Below the pieces are notes generated by a model that saw nothing but the letters and a program-made list of their open reading frames with translations, was not told the origin of the DNA and ran no database searches. 64,000 bases of DNA, from contig JAVJQW010000041.1 of the NCBI GenBank assembly GCA_040218735.1, positions 96,001 through 160,000 on the forward strand, written 5' to 3'. The stretch is from Deltaproteobacteria bacterium (GTDB lineage Bacteria > Myxococcota > Kuafuiibacteriia > Kuafuiibacteriales > Kuafuiibacteriaceae). Position numbers and translations under genes: made by a program. Position 1 is the first letter of the stretch. Each line of letters begins with the position of its first letter. This document shows positions 37,292 through 48,813 of the stretch, one piece after another.

Positions 37292-39084
37292 GACTTCACC
37301 TCCATCGCGTCGATCCCCGCGAAGATCTGCTCCCATCGCTGGTGCAGGTCGCCCGGGTCCGCGTTGGCCACGGTGCCCGGCGCGAAGCGCGCGTAGTCCG
37401 CGGCCTCCAGCTCCTCGGCGAGCTGCTGCGCGAGCGCCGCAGGTGCGCCGCGCTCGACCAGCGCCGTCCGTACACCGTCCGCCGTCAACCCGCGCAACGG
37501 GACGCCGCACCGATCGCTCCCGTACTCCGTCACCGCCTCCGCGAAGCGCGCGTAGGCGGCGGGGAGGTCGCGTGCGTCGAGCGCCGCTTTCGCTTCGCCG
37601 AGCTGCGAGTGCGCGGCCTGTTTCACCGCGCGCCGTTTGTTCTCCGGCGTCTCGACCTGCGTCCGCGCGCGCAGGCGCATGACCCCGAACCCCGCGAGCA
37701 GCAGCGCCCACGGCGCGATGAGCCCGCCGACGAACCACGGGCGACGCCAGGGCGCCGGGTCGCGCGCCGCGAGGCTGCTCTTGAATCGCACCGGAATCAG
37801 ATCGAGCCCCGCGTTGGTGTCCGGCTTGGCCGTGTCCTCGGGCGGCGGCGCGTCCGTGGGCGTCGGCGTGCCTTCGACGACGACGCGCATCGTCTCCGTC
37901 GTCCTCCGCTCGTACGCGTTCGTCGACGGGTCGAAGACCGTCATCGCGAAGCTCGGGACTTCGAGTCGCCCGCCGCGCTGAGGCATCAAGAGGATCTCCG
38001 CCGTCTTCGTCCCGCGCAGCCCGTTCGGCGTGACCTCTACGTTGTCGACCACCGTCGGCGGGAACACGCGGAAGCCGTCGATCGCCTTCACCTCCGGGAG
38101 CCGCGCCGCCTTGATGTTCCCGACCCCCGAGACCGACAGCCGGAGCAGCACGGCCTTGCCCGCCTTCACACGATCGGTGTCGAGCGCGGCCGTGAGCAGG
38201 TACTGACCGACGTTGTTGTTCGAGAAGTCCGACGGCCGCCCGGCCGTGGGGAGCGGCTTCACCGTGAGCGACAAGGGCACCGTCCGCCGACGAATGCGTT
38301 TGCCCGAACCGAAGATCGAACGGTTCTGCGACATCGTGATCGGGTGCGCCGGGATCGTCACCTCACCCGCGTCGAGCGGGAACAGCGCGACGCGCCACAG
38401 TCGGTAGACGTGGAAGGTCTGCCGCCCGACCGACTCCACGCGACGAGTCAAACGCTGCGGCCGGTCCACGACCTCCATCCAGAACCCATCGAACGACGAA
38501 GGCGGGGCCGCGGAGTCGACGTTGAACGAAGTCCCCGGCGCTGCGAAGACCTCGCAGTCGAGGAGGATCTGCTCGCCGAGGTACGCCTCGGTCTTGTCGA
38601 TGCGCAGCCGTACGAAGACGTCGCGCTCCCCCGCGCCGGGGGGTGTCACTTCGCCGGCCGCCGGACCCTCGCCCGGGGGCGGCGTCATCGTCGCGCCGAC
38701 GTTGAGCGCGAGCGGCACGGACTTCGCCGAGTGTTTGCCGACCCGCGCGACGATCGGCGGGATGTCCAGGCGACCCGAACGATCCGCCTGCAGCTCGATC
38801 ATGATCGTCCGCTCGCGCGTCACCGACTGCCCGGCGTTGGTCCAGGAGATCGACGTGCCCTCGCTCTGCGAGCGCGACAGCTCCGACAGCCCGTCCACCC
38901 GCGGCACGTCGACGACGATCTGCCCGTCGACCTTCGCGATCGCACGAACCTCCAACGTGACGATGTCCCCGACCGGCACCGTGGTGTCCGACAGGCTGGC
39001 CTGCACGGTCAGCGCGTCCGCCGCGAAGACGATCCGGGGCGCGCTCGCGAGGAGCGCCGTGATGAGCAAGGCGAACCGCATCAC
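37288..39084 (-). CDS. batD: BatD family protein
   Basis: Signal peptide, repeated Ig-like BatD domains, TM, C-terminal ARFAP motif. Confidence 0.85.
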   Translation of the reverse strand: MMRFALLITALLASAPRIVFAADALTVQASLSDTTVPVGDIVTLEVRAIAKVDGQIVVDVPRVDGLSELSRSQSEGTSISWTNAGQSVTRERTIMIELQADRSGRLDIPPIVARVGKHSAKSVPLALNVGATMTPPPGEGPAAGEVTPPGAGERDVFVRLRIDKTEAYLGEQILLDCEVFAAPGTSFNVDSAAPPSSFDGFWMEVVDRPQRLTRRVESVGRQTFHVYRLWRVALFPLDAGEVTIPAHPITMSQNRSIFGSGKRIRRRTVPLSLTVKPLPTAGRPSDFSNNNVGQYLLTAALDTDRVKAGKAVLLRLSVSGVGNIKAARLPEVKAIDGFRVFPPTVVDNVEVTPNGLRGTKTAEILLMPQRGGRLEVPSFAMTVFDPSTNAYERRTTETMRVVVEGTPTPTDAPPPEDTAKPDTNAGLDLIPVRFKSSLAARDPAPWRRPWFVGGLIAPWALLLAGFGVMRLRARTQVETPENKRRAVKQAAHSQLGEAKAALDARDLPAAYARFAEAVTEYGSDRCGVPLRGLTADGVRTALVERGAPAALAQQLAEELEAADYARFAPGTVANADPGDLHQRWEQIFAGIDAMEVKS

Positions 39085-40922
39085 CAATCCTTCGTCACCT
39101 TCTTACCGCGGAACCGCTCCAGCTTCCGCTTCCGTTCGAGCGCCTTCTCCTGTTCGGCGAGGGAGTCGAGGATCTCCTCCACGTCCTGCTCGGAGCGCTC
39201 CTCCTCGGAGGCCTCCTCGTTCGGCTGCGGCTGCGACGCACCCGCGTCCTGCACGCCGCCGTCGCGCCCGTCCGAGTTGCTGCTGCCGTCCTTGTCGTCG
39301 GAGCCACCGTCGCCCTGATCGTCGTTCGAGCCCGAGTCCTGCGTGCTGGAGTCCGAGACCCCGGCGTCCGCGTCGGTGCCGCCGTCCGGATTCTCTTTGT
39401 TCTCGTCGTCCGACTTCTCGTCGCCGTCCTCGCTCTGCTCGCCGTCCTGGTTCTCGTCCTTCGGCTGCAGCGCCTGGATGATCTTCTGCTGCCGCGCGAT
39501 CTCCAGGTTCTTGCGCGCGCTCGCGTTCGTCGGGTCCTCGATGAGCGAGCGCCGGTACGACTTCAGCGCGTCCTCGTACTTCTTCAGCTGCCGGTACGCG
39601 TTCCCCAACGCAAACGCCGCCTGGCTGCGCATCTTGGGATCCGTCGACGCCTCCATCGACGACTTCAGCGAGTCGATCGACTTGTCGAGCTCCCCGGCCG
39701 CCGCCTCCGCGAGCGCACGGTCGTAGAGCAGCCGCGGGTCCTCGCCGAGCCGGTCGATCGCGCGCTGGTACGCCTTGGCCGCCTCCTCGGGCTTGCCGTC
39801 CTGGAGCGCGCGTGTGCCGGCGCGGGCGTCCGGATCCTCCTTCTCGAACGGCGCCGCCTCCGCGGTGCCCGCGAAGAGCAGCAGCACCACGAGTGACTTC
39901 ACCACCACGCGCGCCACGCGCCGCGTCGGCCGGACCACCGTCGCGAGCAAGAGCAGCAACAACGCCACCGCGAGCGGCCACTGGTAGCGCTCCTCGTAGA
40001 TGCGCACCACGCGGTCCTCGAGCTCGGCCTTCTTGAGCGTCGCGAGGTGGTTCCGCACCGGCGCGAGGTCCAACCCGCCGTTCTCGCCGGGCAGCGCGAC
40101 CAACCCGCTCCCCGCGCTGGCGATCGACGAGAGCATCTCCTCGTTCAGGCGCGACACCACCGTGCGCCCCTGGTTGTCCTTGAGGTAACCCGTCACCTTC
40201 CCGTTCTCCGACAGCGGGATCGGCTCGCCCGTCCGCGAGCCAACGCCGACCACGTGCACTTCGATGCCCGCTTTCTCGGACTCCTCGGCGAGCTTCTCGG
40301 GCTCACCTTCGTGCTCCTCGCCGTCCGTCACGATCACGATCGCGCGCGCCGCGCCGGTCTCGGGCGCGGACTCCAGCATCTGTCGACCGGCGCGGATCGC
40401 GTCGCCGATGGAGGTGCCGCCGCGCGGGAGATCGTCCGGCGTCGCGGAGCGGAGCTGCAGCTTCAACGCGGCGTGGTCCACGGTGAGCGGGCACAGCGGC
40501 AGCGCGATCGAAGTGAAGCCGACGAGCCCGATCCGGTCCCCGGGCAAGCGGTCGATCAGATCCTCCAGCTCGATCCGCGCGCGCTCCAGCCGCGACGGGA
40601 CGACGTCACGCGCGAGCATCGAGCGCGACAGATCCAGCGCCACGACCACGTCCATGCCACGCGCCTTGCGGACCTCGGAGCGCATCCCGAGCTGCGGACG
40701 CGCGAGCGCAAACGCCATGAACAACAGCGACCCTGCGAGCAACATCGCCTGCACGGCGCGGCGCTGCTTGTGCGCCGGCCCTTCGCTGAGGCGGTCGATC
40801 AGGTCCTTGTCCCCCGCGCGCTCCACGCGACGATCGCGCCAGCGCTCCAGCGACGCCCAGACCACCAACACCAGCGGCGCCAACGCGAGCAGGAACAACA
40901 TCCACGGTGCGCCGAGCCTCAC
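39081..40922 (-). CDS. BatB-like vWA domain fused to BatC-like TPR/acidic domain
   Basis: DLSRSM MIDAS, PSRLE, TDGE, then TPRs, acidic linker and KDW C-terminus. Confidence 0.85.
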   Translation of the reverse strand: MRLGAPWMLFLLALAPLVLVVWASLERWRDRRVERAGDKDLIDRLSEGPAHKQRRAVQAMLLAGSLLFMAFALARPQLGMRSEVRKARGMDVVVALDLSRSMLARDVVPSRLERARIELEDLIDRLPGDRIGLVGFTSIALPLCPLTVDHAALKLQLRSATPDDLPRGGTSIGDAIRAGRQMLESAPETGAARAIVIVTDGEEHEGEPEKLAEESEKAGIEVHVVGVGSRTGEPIPLSENGKVTGYLKDNQGRTVVSRLNEEMLSSIASAGSGLVALPGENGGLDLAPVRNHLATLKKAELEDRVVRIYEERYQWPLAVALLLLLLATVVRPTRRVARVVVKSLVVLLLFAGTAEAAPFEKEDPDARAGTRALQDGKPEEAAKAYQRAIDRLGEDPRLLYDRALAEAAAGELDKSIDSLKSSMEASTDPKMRSQAAFALGNAYRQLKKYEDALKSYRRSLIEDPTNASARKNLEIARQQKIIQALQPKDENQDGEQSEDGDEKSDDENKENPDGGTDADAGVSDSSTQDSGSNDDQGDGGSDDKDGSSNSDGRDGGVQDAGASQPQPNEEASEEERSEQDVEEILDSLAEQEKALERKRKLERFRGKKVTKDW

Positions 40923-41935
40923 GGGAACCTCCTCAGGCGCGTCGCCGACAACAGCAGCTCCAGCGCCAGCAGCGCGAGCCCGAGCGCGAGCACGTACACG
41001 AACAGCTCTTCGCGCGGCGTCGTGTACACGGTGTTCTCGAGCTGCGTCTTCTCCAGCGTGTCGAGGACCTCGGACAGGCTGGAGTCGAGCTCCTCGCCGT
41101 CCTTCGCTTCGTAGTAGACGCCGCCGGTCGTCTTCGCGATGTCCTTGAGCAGCGCCGGGTTCGTCGGGATGACCTGGCGCGAGTACACGGCGCGTCCGAA
41201 CAGATCCTTGCCGGCGGGGAAGGGCACCTCACCGCCGCGCCCGATCAGGATCGGGTACACCGCGATGCCGAGCGTCTTCGCGAACTCGGCCGCGCGCTTG
41301 GGGGTGATGCTGCCGGAGTTGCTGTCACCGTCGGTGAGCAGCACGACGACGCGCGACGTAGCGTCGCTCTCGCGTAGCCGGTTGAGCGAGGTGGCGATCG
41401 CCGAGCCGATCGCCGTTCCGTCCGGGAGCATCCCGACTTCGACCTCGTCGAGCATCTCGACGAGCAGCGCGTAGTCCAGCGTGAGCGGCACCCACGACGC
41501 CGCTTCGCTCCCGAACACGACCAACCCGATCCGGTCCACGGAGCGCTGCTTCACGAGCTCGGCGATCGACTGCTTGGCGACGAACATCCTGTCGCGTGGC
41601 TGGAAGTCCGCGGCGCGCATCGAACACGAGGTGTCGAGCGCGAGGATGATGTCGATGCCTTCGCTGTCGTCGGCGTACGGCTTGCCGAGGATCTGCGGCC
41701 GCGCGAGCGCGACGACGACCAACACCAGCGCCGTGATGCGCAGGGCGTCGGGGAGCCAAGCGATCTGCGCCCACACCGATCGCGGGAGTTTGTCCACGAG
41801 CTGCGTCGCCGAATAACGGAGCGCCGGTTCGAGGTGTCGGCGCCGCCGCCACACCAGGTAGGCGCCCGCCGCCGCGACGGGGATCAGGCCGAGGAGGAAC
41901 CACGGCGAGCCGAACGCGATCGTCCCGTCCGTCAC
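40919..41935 (-). CDS. batA: BatA-like vWA protein
   Basis: ALARPQ, DTSCSM MIDAS, DRIGLVVF, GTAIG, LLTDG; GTG start at 41935. Confidence 0.85.
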   Translation of the reverse strand: MTDGTIAFGSPWFLLGLIPVAAAGAYLVWRRRRHLEPALRYSATQLVDKLPRSVWAQIAWLPDALRITALVLVVVALARPQILGKPYADDSEGIDIILALDTSCSMRAADFQPRDRMFVAKQSIAELVKQRSVDRIGLVVFGSEAASWVPLTLDYALLVEMLDEVEVGMLPDGTAIGSAIATSLNRLRESDATSRVVVLLTDGDSNSGSITPKRAAEFAKTLGIAVYPILIGRGGEVPFPAGKDLFGRAVYSRQVIPTNPALLKDIAKTTGGVYYEAKDGEELDSSLSEVLDTLEKTQLENTVYTTPREELFVYVLALGLALLALELLLSATRLRRFP

Positions 41936-43089
41936 GCCTCGGCCTCCGGTCGCTGCTGTGTGCGCGTCGCGTTCACGAGGCCCACGGCGTCGTCGAGGAG
42001 CACCTCGCCGTCCTTCGGGGACGGGACGAACTTCGCGTACTTCACCTCGTCGGCGAGGCGGAGGAGGTGCGTCATCTTGTCGAGGTCGAGGCCGTCGGTC
42101 TTGCGCGCACGCAGGATGTCGATCAGCTCGTCGACCGTGAGATCCAGCGAATCGAACGACCACCGTCCGCCCGCGTACGCACGGAGGATCGCGGACAGCT
42201 CCGTGTAGAACGTCTTGTGGTCGCCGCGTTCGAGGTGCGCCGCGGAGCGCAGCGCGGAGAGCGCCTCCAGCGCGATCTCGTGCGCCGGACGCGGCGGGGG
42301 CGGCGGCGGCGCAGGTTTGGCGGCCTCGCGACGCTTCGCGACGACCCGCGCGGCCCACAGCACGAGCCCCAACAGGAGCACCGCGCCGAGCACCCAGAAC
42401 AGCGTCCAGTCGTCGACCATCACCGCCTGCGGCGGCGGGTTCTGCGCGACGAGCGTCTCGAGCGCTTGCATCGCTTCGGCCTCGGTCGAGCTGACCGCCG
42501 CGAGCTCTTCACCTTCGAAGCCGGACTCGATCGTCAGCTCCATCGGCGCGGTCGCCGCCGTCGTGGCGCCGAGCGCGAGCGGGATCGACGGGATGGTGAC
42601 CAAGCCACGGTCGAACGCGATGAGCTCCAGCTCGTAGCGATCGATCTCGACGTCTCCCTCCACGTTGCGGAGGTGTTGCCGCGCGGAAGCGCGCTCTTCG
42701 ACGGCGCTCCCCAGGTCGAGCGGGGATGGCAACAACGCGATGCCCCCGGGCGGGTGCTTCGCGATGACGACGAACTTGAAGGGCTCGCCGATCTTCACGA
42801 CCTCGCGCCCTTCTTCGATCGCGAAGTCGGCCTCCACTTCGAGGCCGCCCGCGGCGTTTGCGGCGGTGGGGAGGGCCGCGAGGATCACGGCGATGAGGAA
42901 AGCTCGCAGCCTGCGGCCCGCAGCCGGCAGCCGGAGGGAGGCCGGTCGCCGCCCCGGCGGTTCGTCCTGCCCGTGTGCGTACGCGGGTCGTCGAGAGCGA
43001 CGTCGCTCGGCGCGCTGCACGGCAGGGTCCGCAGGTACGAAGCCTCCGGCTAGCGGCGGCGCGCTGCGAGCTGCTCGCTTCACCGTCAC
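41932..43089 (-). CDS. Bat-operon membrane protein (DUF4381-like)
   Basis: TM helix, PAHEIAL, YTELS.ILR.Y, ADEVKYAK. The true start may be about 150-200 nt downstream of 43089. Confidence 0.7.
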   Translation of the reverse strand: MTVKRAARSAPPLAGGFVPADPAVQRAERRRSRRPAYAHGQDEPPGRRPASLRLPAAGRRLRAFLIAVILAALPTAANAAGGLEVEADFAIEEGREVVKIGEPFKFVVIAKHPPGGIALLPSPLDLGSAVEERASARQHLRNVEGDVEIDRYELELIAFDRGLVTIPSIPLALGATTAATAPMELTIESGFEGEELAAVSSTEAEAMQALETLVAQNPPPQAVMVDDWTLFWVLGAVLLLGLVLWAARVVAKRREAAKPAPPPPPPRPAHEIALEALSALRSAAHLERGDHKTFYTELSAILRAYAGGRWSFDSLDLTVDELIDILRARKTDGLDLDKMTHLLRLADEVKYAKFVPSPKDGEVLLDDAVGLVNATRTQQRPEAEA

Positions 43090-44017
43090 CGTCCCGACCT
43101 CAGGCGCGCGGAGCGCGTGCGGAAGAAGCTGATGAGCGGGGCGACGTAGTCGGCGTCCGTCGACAGGTCGATCACGTCGCAGCCGAGCTGGCGCAGGCGG
43201 CGGTCCGCGTCGTCGAGCGCGCGGCGTCTTCGCGCCGTGAAGGCGTCGCGCACCTTCTTCGACGACGAGTCGACCAACCGCACCTCGCCGGTCTCGGCGT
43301 CGACGAGCTCGAGGAGGCCGAGGTCCGGCAGCTCGATCTCCGCCGGGTCCTTCACGCGCGCGGCGACCACGTCGTGGCGCGCCATCGCGATCTTGAGCGG
43401 CGAGTCGAAGCCTTCGTCGAGGAAGTCGGACAACAGGAACACCACGGCGCGCCGCTTCATCACGCGCGACAGGAACGCGAGCGCTTCGCCGATGTTCGTG
43501 CCGCGGCCCTTCGGTCTCGCCTCGACGATCTCGCGGATCACGCGCAGCACGTGCGGCTTCCCTTTGCGCGGTGCGAGGTACAGCTCGACCTCGTCGGTGA
43601 ACAACACGAGGCCGACGCGGTCGTTGTTCTTGATCGCCGAGAATGCGAGCGTCGCGCCGAGCTCCGCGAGGAGGCGGCGCTTCGGTTTGACCTTCGTGCC
43701 GAAGTCACCGGAGCCCGACAGGTCGACGAGGAGGATCACCGTCAGCTCGCGCTCCTCCACGAACTGCTTCACGAACAGCCCCTGGTCCTGGTGGCGCGCG
43801 GAGACGTTCCAGTCGATGTGCCGGATGTCGTCGCCCGGGGCGTACGGCCGCACCTCCGAGAACGCCATGCCCTGGCCCTTGAAGACGGAGTGGTAGCGCC
43901 CCGCGAGCTCCGCGTTCACGGCGCGGCGGGTCGCGATCTCGATGCGCCGGACCGTTCGGAGCAGCTCGCGCGCGTCGGAGGGTGCGCTCGTCTCGCCGGC
44001 GGTCTGGGCGTCGTCGT

Positions 44018-44021
<4 letters not shown>
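43086..44021 (-). CDS. DUF58 domain protein
   Basis: G.YHSVFKGQGMAFSEVRPYAPGDDIRHIDWNVSAR, EERE, DLSGS. Confidence 0.92.
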
Positions 44022-45034
<1,013 letters not shown>

Positions 45035-45107
45035 CGCTGAATGACCCTCCTCGCGCTGATGGACACGCGTCCTAGCACAGTCATTCCCGAGACGTGAACA
45101 CGAGCGC

Positions 45108-45136
45108 TTGACTTGTCGCCGACCCGTACGTACCTC
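45108..45136 (+). promoter_or_regulatory. sigma70-type promoter, probably leaderless
   Basis: TTGACT-17 nt-TACCTC; ATG follows 8 nt later. Confidence 0.5.
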
Positions 45137-45144
45137 GCTGACCG

Positions 45145-45417
45145 ATGACCGATGACGTGAAGCTCGACACCCGAACGGTGGAGCGCCACATCGCGGCGGG
45201 ACGCCTCAGTCGCGCCGACTACGACAAACACCTCGCCAGCCTCCCGGACCTCGCCGAAGAGGCGGAGTTCGTCGACTACGCGCAGCAGTTCCGCGAGGAG
45301 GCGCAGCAGGAGCAGGCCGAGGCCCAGGCCGCCGAAGCCGGCGAGGCCGCGCCTGCCGCCGAAGGCGAGGCACCCGCGCCCGCGCCGAACCCCGGCGGAT
45401 CCACGCTCCTCGGCTGA
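45145..45417 (+). CDS. Small hypothetical protein
   Basis: DTRTVERHI..G...DY.KHL..LPD motif with acidic tail; promoter immediately upstream. Confidence 0.7.
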   Translation: MTDDVKLDTRTVERHIAAGRLSRADYDKHLASLPDLAEEAEFVDYAQQFREEAQQEQAEAQAAEAGEAAPAAEGEAPAPAPNPGGSTLLG

Positions 45418-45428
45418 GACGCGGCGCG

Positions 45429-45710
45429 ATGAGCGACGCACCGGACAAGACCGAACGCCGCGGCCCCACGCTCGGCTTCTCGGAGTTCATCCTGTCCATC
45501 GGGACGAACGCGCTCGAGTTCTTGGGCCACAAGGACGACGACATGGTCCCCTCCGCCGCCGACCTCGCGCAGGCGGCGCAGTTCATCGACATCATCGCGA
45601 TGCTCAAGGTGAAGACCGCCGGCAACCTCGACCCGGAAGAGCAGAACCTGATCGATGCGCTCCTGTACGACCTCAGGATGAAGTACCTCGAGGTCGCCAA
45701 CGCGCAGTGA
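45429..45710 (+). CDS. DUF1844 domain protein
   Basis: F..FILS...AL..LG, IDIIAML..KT.GNL..EE.....LLYDLRMKY. Confidence 0.85.
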   Translation: MSDAPDKTERRGPTLGFSEFILSIGTNALEFLGHKDDDMVPSAADLAQAAQFIDIIAMLKVKTAGNLDPEEQNLIDALLYDLRMKYLEVANAQ

Positions 45711-45745
45711 CGCGCGTCGGCTCGTCGATGTAAGGTGCGACGGAC

Positions 45746-47257
45746 GTGGCGGGCATGACGCCGGTCCTACTCATCGACGACAACGTCGAGTTCGTCGGCC
45801 TCCTCGGCACCCTGTTCGAAGAACAGGGCCTGCTGCCCCACCTCGCACACTCGGGCACCGCGGCGCTCTTCGAATGTGAGCGTCGCCGGCACGCGGCCAT
45901 CGTCCTCGATCTCCTCCTCCCCGACACCACCGGGCAGCGACTGCTGACGTCGATGCTGGAGCGCGGCTGGGCGCTACCGCCCGTGTTCGTGATGACCGGC
46001 GTGTTCAAGGGCGACAACCAGCGCTCGAAGGTCGAGGGGGTCCACGCGATCGCGGGCTGGTACGAAAAGCCCTTCGACACGCGTCTGCTCGTCGAGAAGG
46101 TCGTCGCGACGATCGGCCGCGACGTCGTCGCGCGCGGCCAGCACCAACCGGTCGGCCAGGTCGTAGGCGACTACGAGATCAACATCCTCGAGCCGTCGGA
46201 CGATCTGATCGTCGACATCGATCTCGGGGAGGAGGACGTCGTCCACGAGCCGCTGATCGATCTGTCGGTCGAGCAGCCGTACTGGGAGTCCGAGACCGCG
46301 GCGCCGATGGGGCTCCCGGAGGAGCCGACCGCGAAGCGGATGCTCCCGCCGCGCAGCGCCGACCTCGGCGAGCTGAGCGACGACGATCCCTCGATGGTGA
46401 CGGTGATGCCGAGCGCGCGCCCGCCGCCCACGCCGCCTCCGCCGCCCAAGGATCCGTTCGCCGACAACTCGAGCGGCTTCGGCGCGAACACGACGCCTTC
46501 TCCGGGGCCGTCGCCCGCGCAGGTCCGCGAGGATCTGCGGACGTCGCTCCGCTCCGGGGATCTCGCGACCACCACCGTCCCGCGGCTGATCAACGCGTTC
46601 TACATCGCGCAGGAGACGGGGGAGATCGCGTTCGAGCGCGCGAACCAGCGCAAGGTCGTCTACTTCGAGAAGGGGCGCCCGGTGTACGCGGTCTCGAACC
46701 AGGAGACGGACCGGATGGCCGTGTTCGTCAAACGCGTCGCCGGCATCACGCACAAGCAGCTCCTCGCCGGCCTCAACGAGGCGAAGGCCACCAAGCAGAT
46801 CCTCGTCGACGTGTTGATCGATCGCGGGTTCATCGAGGCCGACAAACGTCAGGACCTGATTCGCGAGCAGACCCGAGGGCTCGTGCGCAGCCTCTTCACG
46901 TGGACGTCGGGGCGCTACGTCGTAGGGTTCAACGCCGACGCCGCCACCGAGCGCGTCGAGCTGCAGGAGCACCCGGGCGCGTTGGTCCTCGCGGGGGTCC
47001 GCGACCTCTTCGAGCTCAAGCGCCTCCGCGAGCTGCTCGCCGACGAGCTGTGTCCGATCCCCGCGCCGAACCCGCCGTTCGGCCTCGAGGAGCTCCCGCT
47101 CGGCGACGCCGAGGCGGTGCTCCTGCTCCAGGTCACGGGGAGCCGCACGGTGCGCGAGCTGGTGGAGGGCCAGGGGACCCGCCTCGACGAGCGCGCGGTC
47201 CGCGCGACGCTGTACGCGTTACTCTGTCTCGGGGTCTTCGGGCTCGTGCCGGGGTGA
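45746..47257 (+). CDS. Response-regulator receiver + DUF4388 (PatA-N-like) protein
   Basis: LLIDD, VLDLLLPD, MTG, KPF receiver motifs; acidic/Pro linker; G.L...P.L..., KVVYFEKGRPVYA.SN, LFTW..G.Y. Confidence 0.8.
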   Translation: MAGMTPVLLIDDNVEFVGLLGTLFEEQGLLPHLAHSGTAALFECERRRHAAIVLDLLLPDTTGQRLLTSMLERGWALPPVFVMTGVFKGDNQRSKVEGVHAIAGWYEKPFDTRLLVEKVVATIGRDVVARGQHQPVGQVVGDYEINILEPSDDLIVDIDLGEEDVVHEPLIDLSVEQPYWESETAAPMGLPEEPTAKRMLPPRSADLGELSDDDPSMVTVMPSARPPPTPPPPPKDPFADNSSGFGANTTPSPGPSPAQVREDLRTSLRSGDLATTTVPRLINAFYIAQETGEIAFERANQRKVVYFEKGRPVYAVSNQETDRMAVFVKRVAGITHKQLLAGLNEAKATKQILVDVLIDRGFIEADKRQDLIREQTRGLVRSLFTWTSGRYVVGFNADAATERVELQEHPGALVLAGVRDLFELKRLRELLADELCPIPAPNPPFGLEELPLGDAEAVLLLQVTGSRTVRELVEGQGTRLDERAVRATLYALLCLGVFGLVPG

Positions 47258-47692
47258 GACGGGCTGAAGCGACGCGAACAGGTCGACCTTCCACGCCTCG
47301 CCTTCCTTCACCATCCGGATGTCCGCGCTGTCGCCGCTCTTCACGGCGACGCGGAGCAGGACTTGCTCGTCGTCGGGCCGCGAGGCTTCGGCGATGCTCT
47401 CGGGGGTCGAGATCCGCTCGATGTCGAGCGTCTTGAAGATGAGGTACGCGGGGGAGGCGTCCTCGTCGCCGCCGCCGGCTTCGACGAGCGCGAGGTGGCG
47501 ACGGCGCAGCTCGGTCTTGCTGCCCTCCGAGAGTTTGTCGAAGGCGCGCTCGCCGCGGCGTGCGTGAATGTCCTCGAGGAATTGCTCGCACGTCTGTTTG
47601 GCGTCGAGGCTCTGTTTGGGACACGCCCACAGTGCCGACGCGGCGAGGATCGTGGCGACGATGTACAGGGGAGAACGCACGGCACGCGACAA
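47219..47692 (-). CDS. Hypothetical lipoprotein (NTF2-like pattern)
   Basis: ALWAC lipobox, A(F/Y)DKLS, MVKEGEAWKV; overlaps the 3' end of the convergent gene by 39 nt. Confidence 0.6.
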   Translation of the reverse strand: MSRAVRSPLYIVATILAASALWACPKQSLDAKQTCEQFLEDIHARRGERAFDKLSEGSKTELRRRHLALVEAGGGDEDASPAYLIFKTLDIERISTPESIAEASRPDDEQVLLRVAVKSGDSADIRMVKEGEAWKVDLFASLQPVSPRHEPEDPETE

Positions 47693-47764
47693 AATCGACG
47701 CACCGCGACGCTACACGTTGACAGTCGCCCTGTGAATCTTTTCTATCGCACCCGAAACGAGTCC

Positions 47765-47838
47765 TGGGGCGTCGCCAAGTTGGTTAAGGCATCGGTTTTT
47801 GGTACCGACACGCGAAGGTTCGAATCCTTCCGCCCCAA
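47765..47838 (+). tRNA. tRNA-Gln (anticodon TTG)
   Basis: Acceptor TGGGGCG/CGCCCCA (U1-A72), anticodon arm TCGGT-TTTTGGT-ACCGA, T arm GAAGG-TTCGAAT-CCTTC; CCA not encoded; usual position upstream of prs. Confidence 0.93.
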
Positions 47839-47868
47839 TCTCGGACATCGCGGACGAAGGGGTCCTGG

Positions 47869-48813
47869 GTGGTAGGCAACGTCCTCAAGATCTTCACGGG
47901 TAACAGTAACCCGGACCTCGCCGAGGCGGTGGTCCAACAGCTCGACGTACCGCTCGGGCGCGCCAAGGTCGGGCGCTTCTCCGACGGCGAGATCAACGTC
48001 ACGATCGACGAGAACGTTCGGTCCTCCGACGTGTTCTTGATCCAGTCGTCGTGCTCGCCGGCCAACGAGAACCTGATGGAGCTGCTCGTCATGCTCGACG
48101 CGCTCCGTCGGGCCTCGGCGGAGCACATCACGGCGGTCATCCCGTACTACGGGTACGCGCGGCAGGACCGAAAGGTCGCGCCGCGTACGCCGATCACCGC
48201 GAAGTTGATCGCGGATCTGATCGGGACCGCCGGGGCGACGCGGGTGCTGTCGATCGACATGCACGCCGGGCAGATCCAGGGGTTCTTCAACGTGCCCTTC
48301 GATCACCTCTACGCGATGCCCGTGCTGCTCGATCACATGCGGCAGCAGTTCGATCCGAGCGTGGTGATCGTGAGCCCGGACGCCGGCGGCGTCGAGCGCG
48401 CGCGCGCCTACGGCAAACGGCTCAACTGCTCGATCGGCATGATCGACAAGCGGCGTCCGCGTCCGAACGAAGCCAAGGTGATGAACGTCCTCGGTGACGT
48501 CGAGGACAAGGACGTCATCATCCTCGACGACATGATCGACACCGCCGGCACGCTGTGCGCGGCGGCGGGGGCGCTCCGCGAACGCGGGGCCCGGAAGATC
48601 TTCGCGTACGCTTCGCACGCGGTGTTCTCCGGACCGGCGGTCGAGCGCATCGAGGCGTCGGTGATGGACAAGGTCGTCATCACGAACACGATCCCGCTCT
48701 CGGAAGCGGCGCAGGCTTGTGCGAAGATCGAGCAGATCTCCGTGGCGCCCCTGATCGCGGAAGCGATTCGGCGCATCCACCACGGCGATTCGGTCTCGAG
48801 CCTGTTCGTATGA
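47869..48813 (+). CDS. prs: Ribose-phosphate pyrophosphokinase
   Basis: FSDGE, PYYGYARQDRK, VSPDAGG, DDMIDTAGT. Confidence 0.97.
   Translation: MVGNVLKIFTGNSNPDLAEAVVQQLDVPLGRAKVGRFSDGEINVTIDENVRSSDVFLIQSSCSPANENLMELLVMLDALRRASAEHITAVIPYYGYARQDRKVAPRTPITAKLIADLIGTAGATRVLSIDMHAGQIQGFFNVPFDHLYAMPVLLDHMRQQFDPSVVIVSPDAGGVERARAYGKRLNCSIGMIDKRRPRPNEAKVMNVLGDVEDKDVIILDDMIDTAGTLCAAAGALRERGARKIFAYASHAVFSGPAVERIEASVMDKVVITNTIPLSEAAQACAKIEQISVAPLIAEAIRRIHHGDSVSSLFV

Noticed and set aside
47765-47868. tRNA-Gln as an integration site
   Set aside because: No integrase and no duplicated tRNA 3' end seen; prs follows directly.
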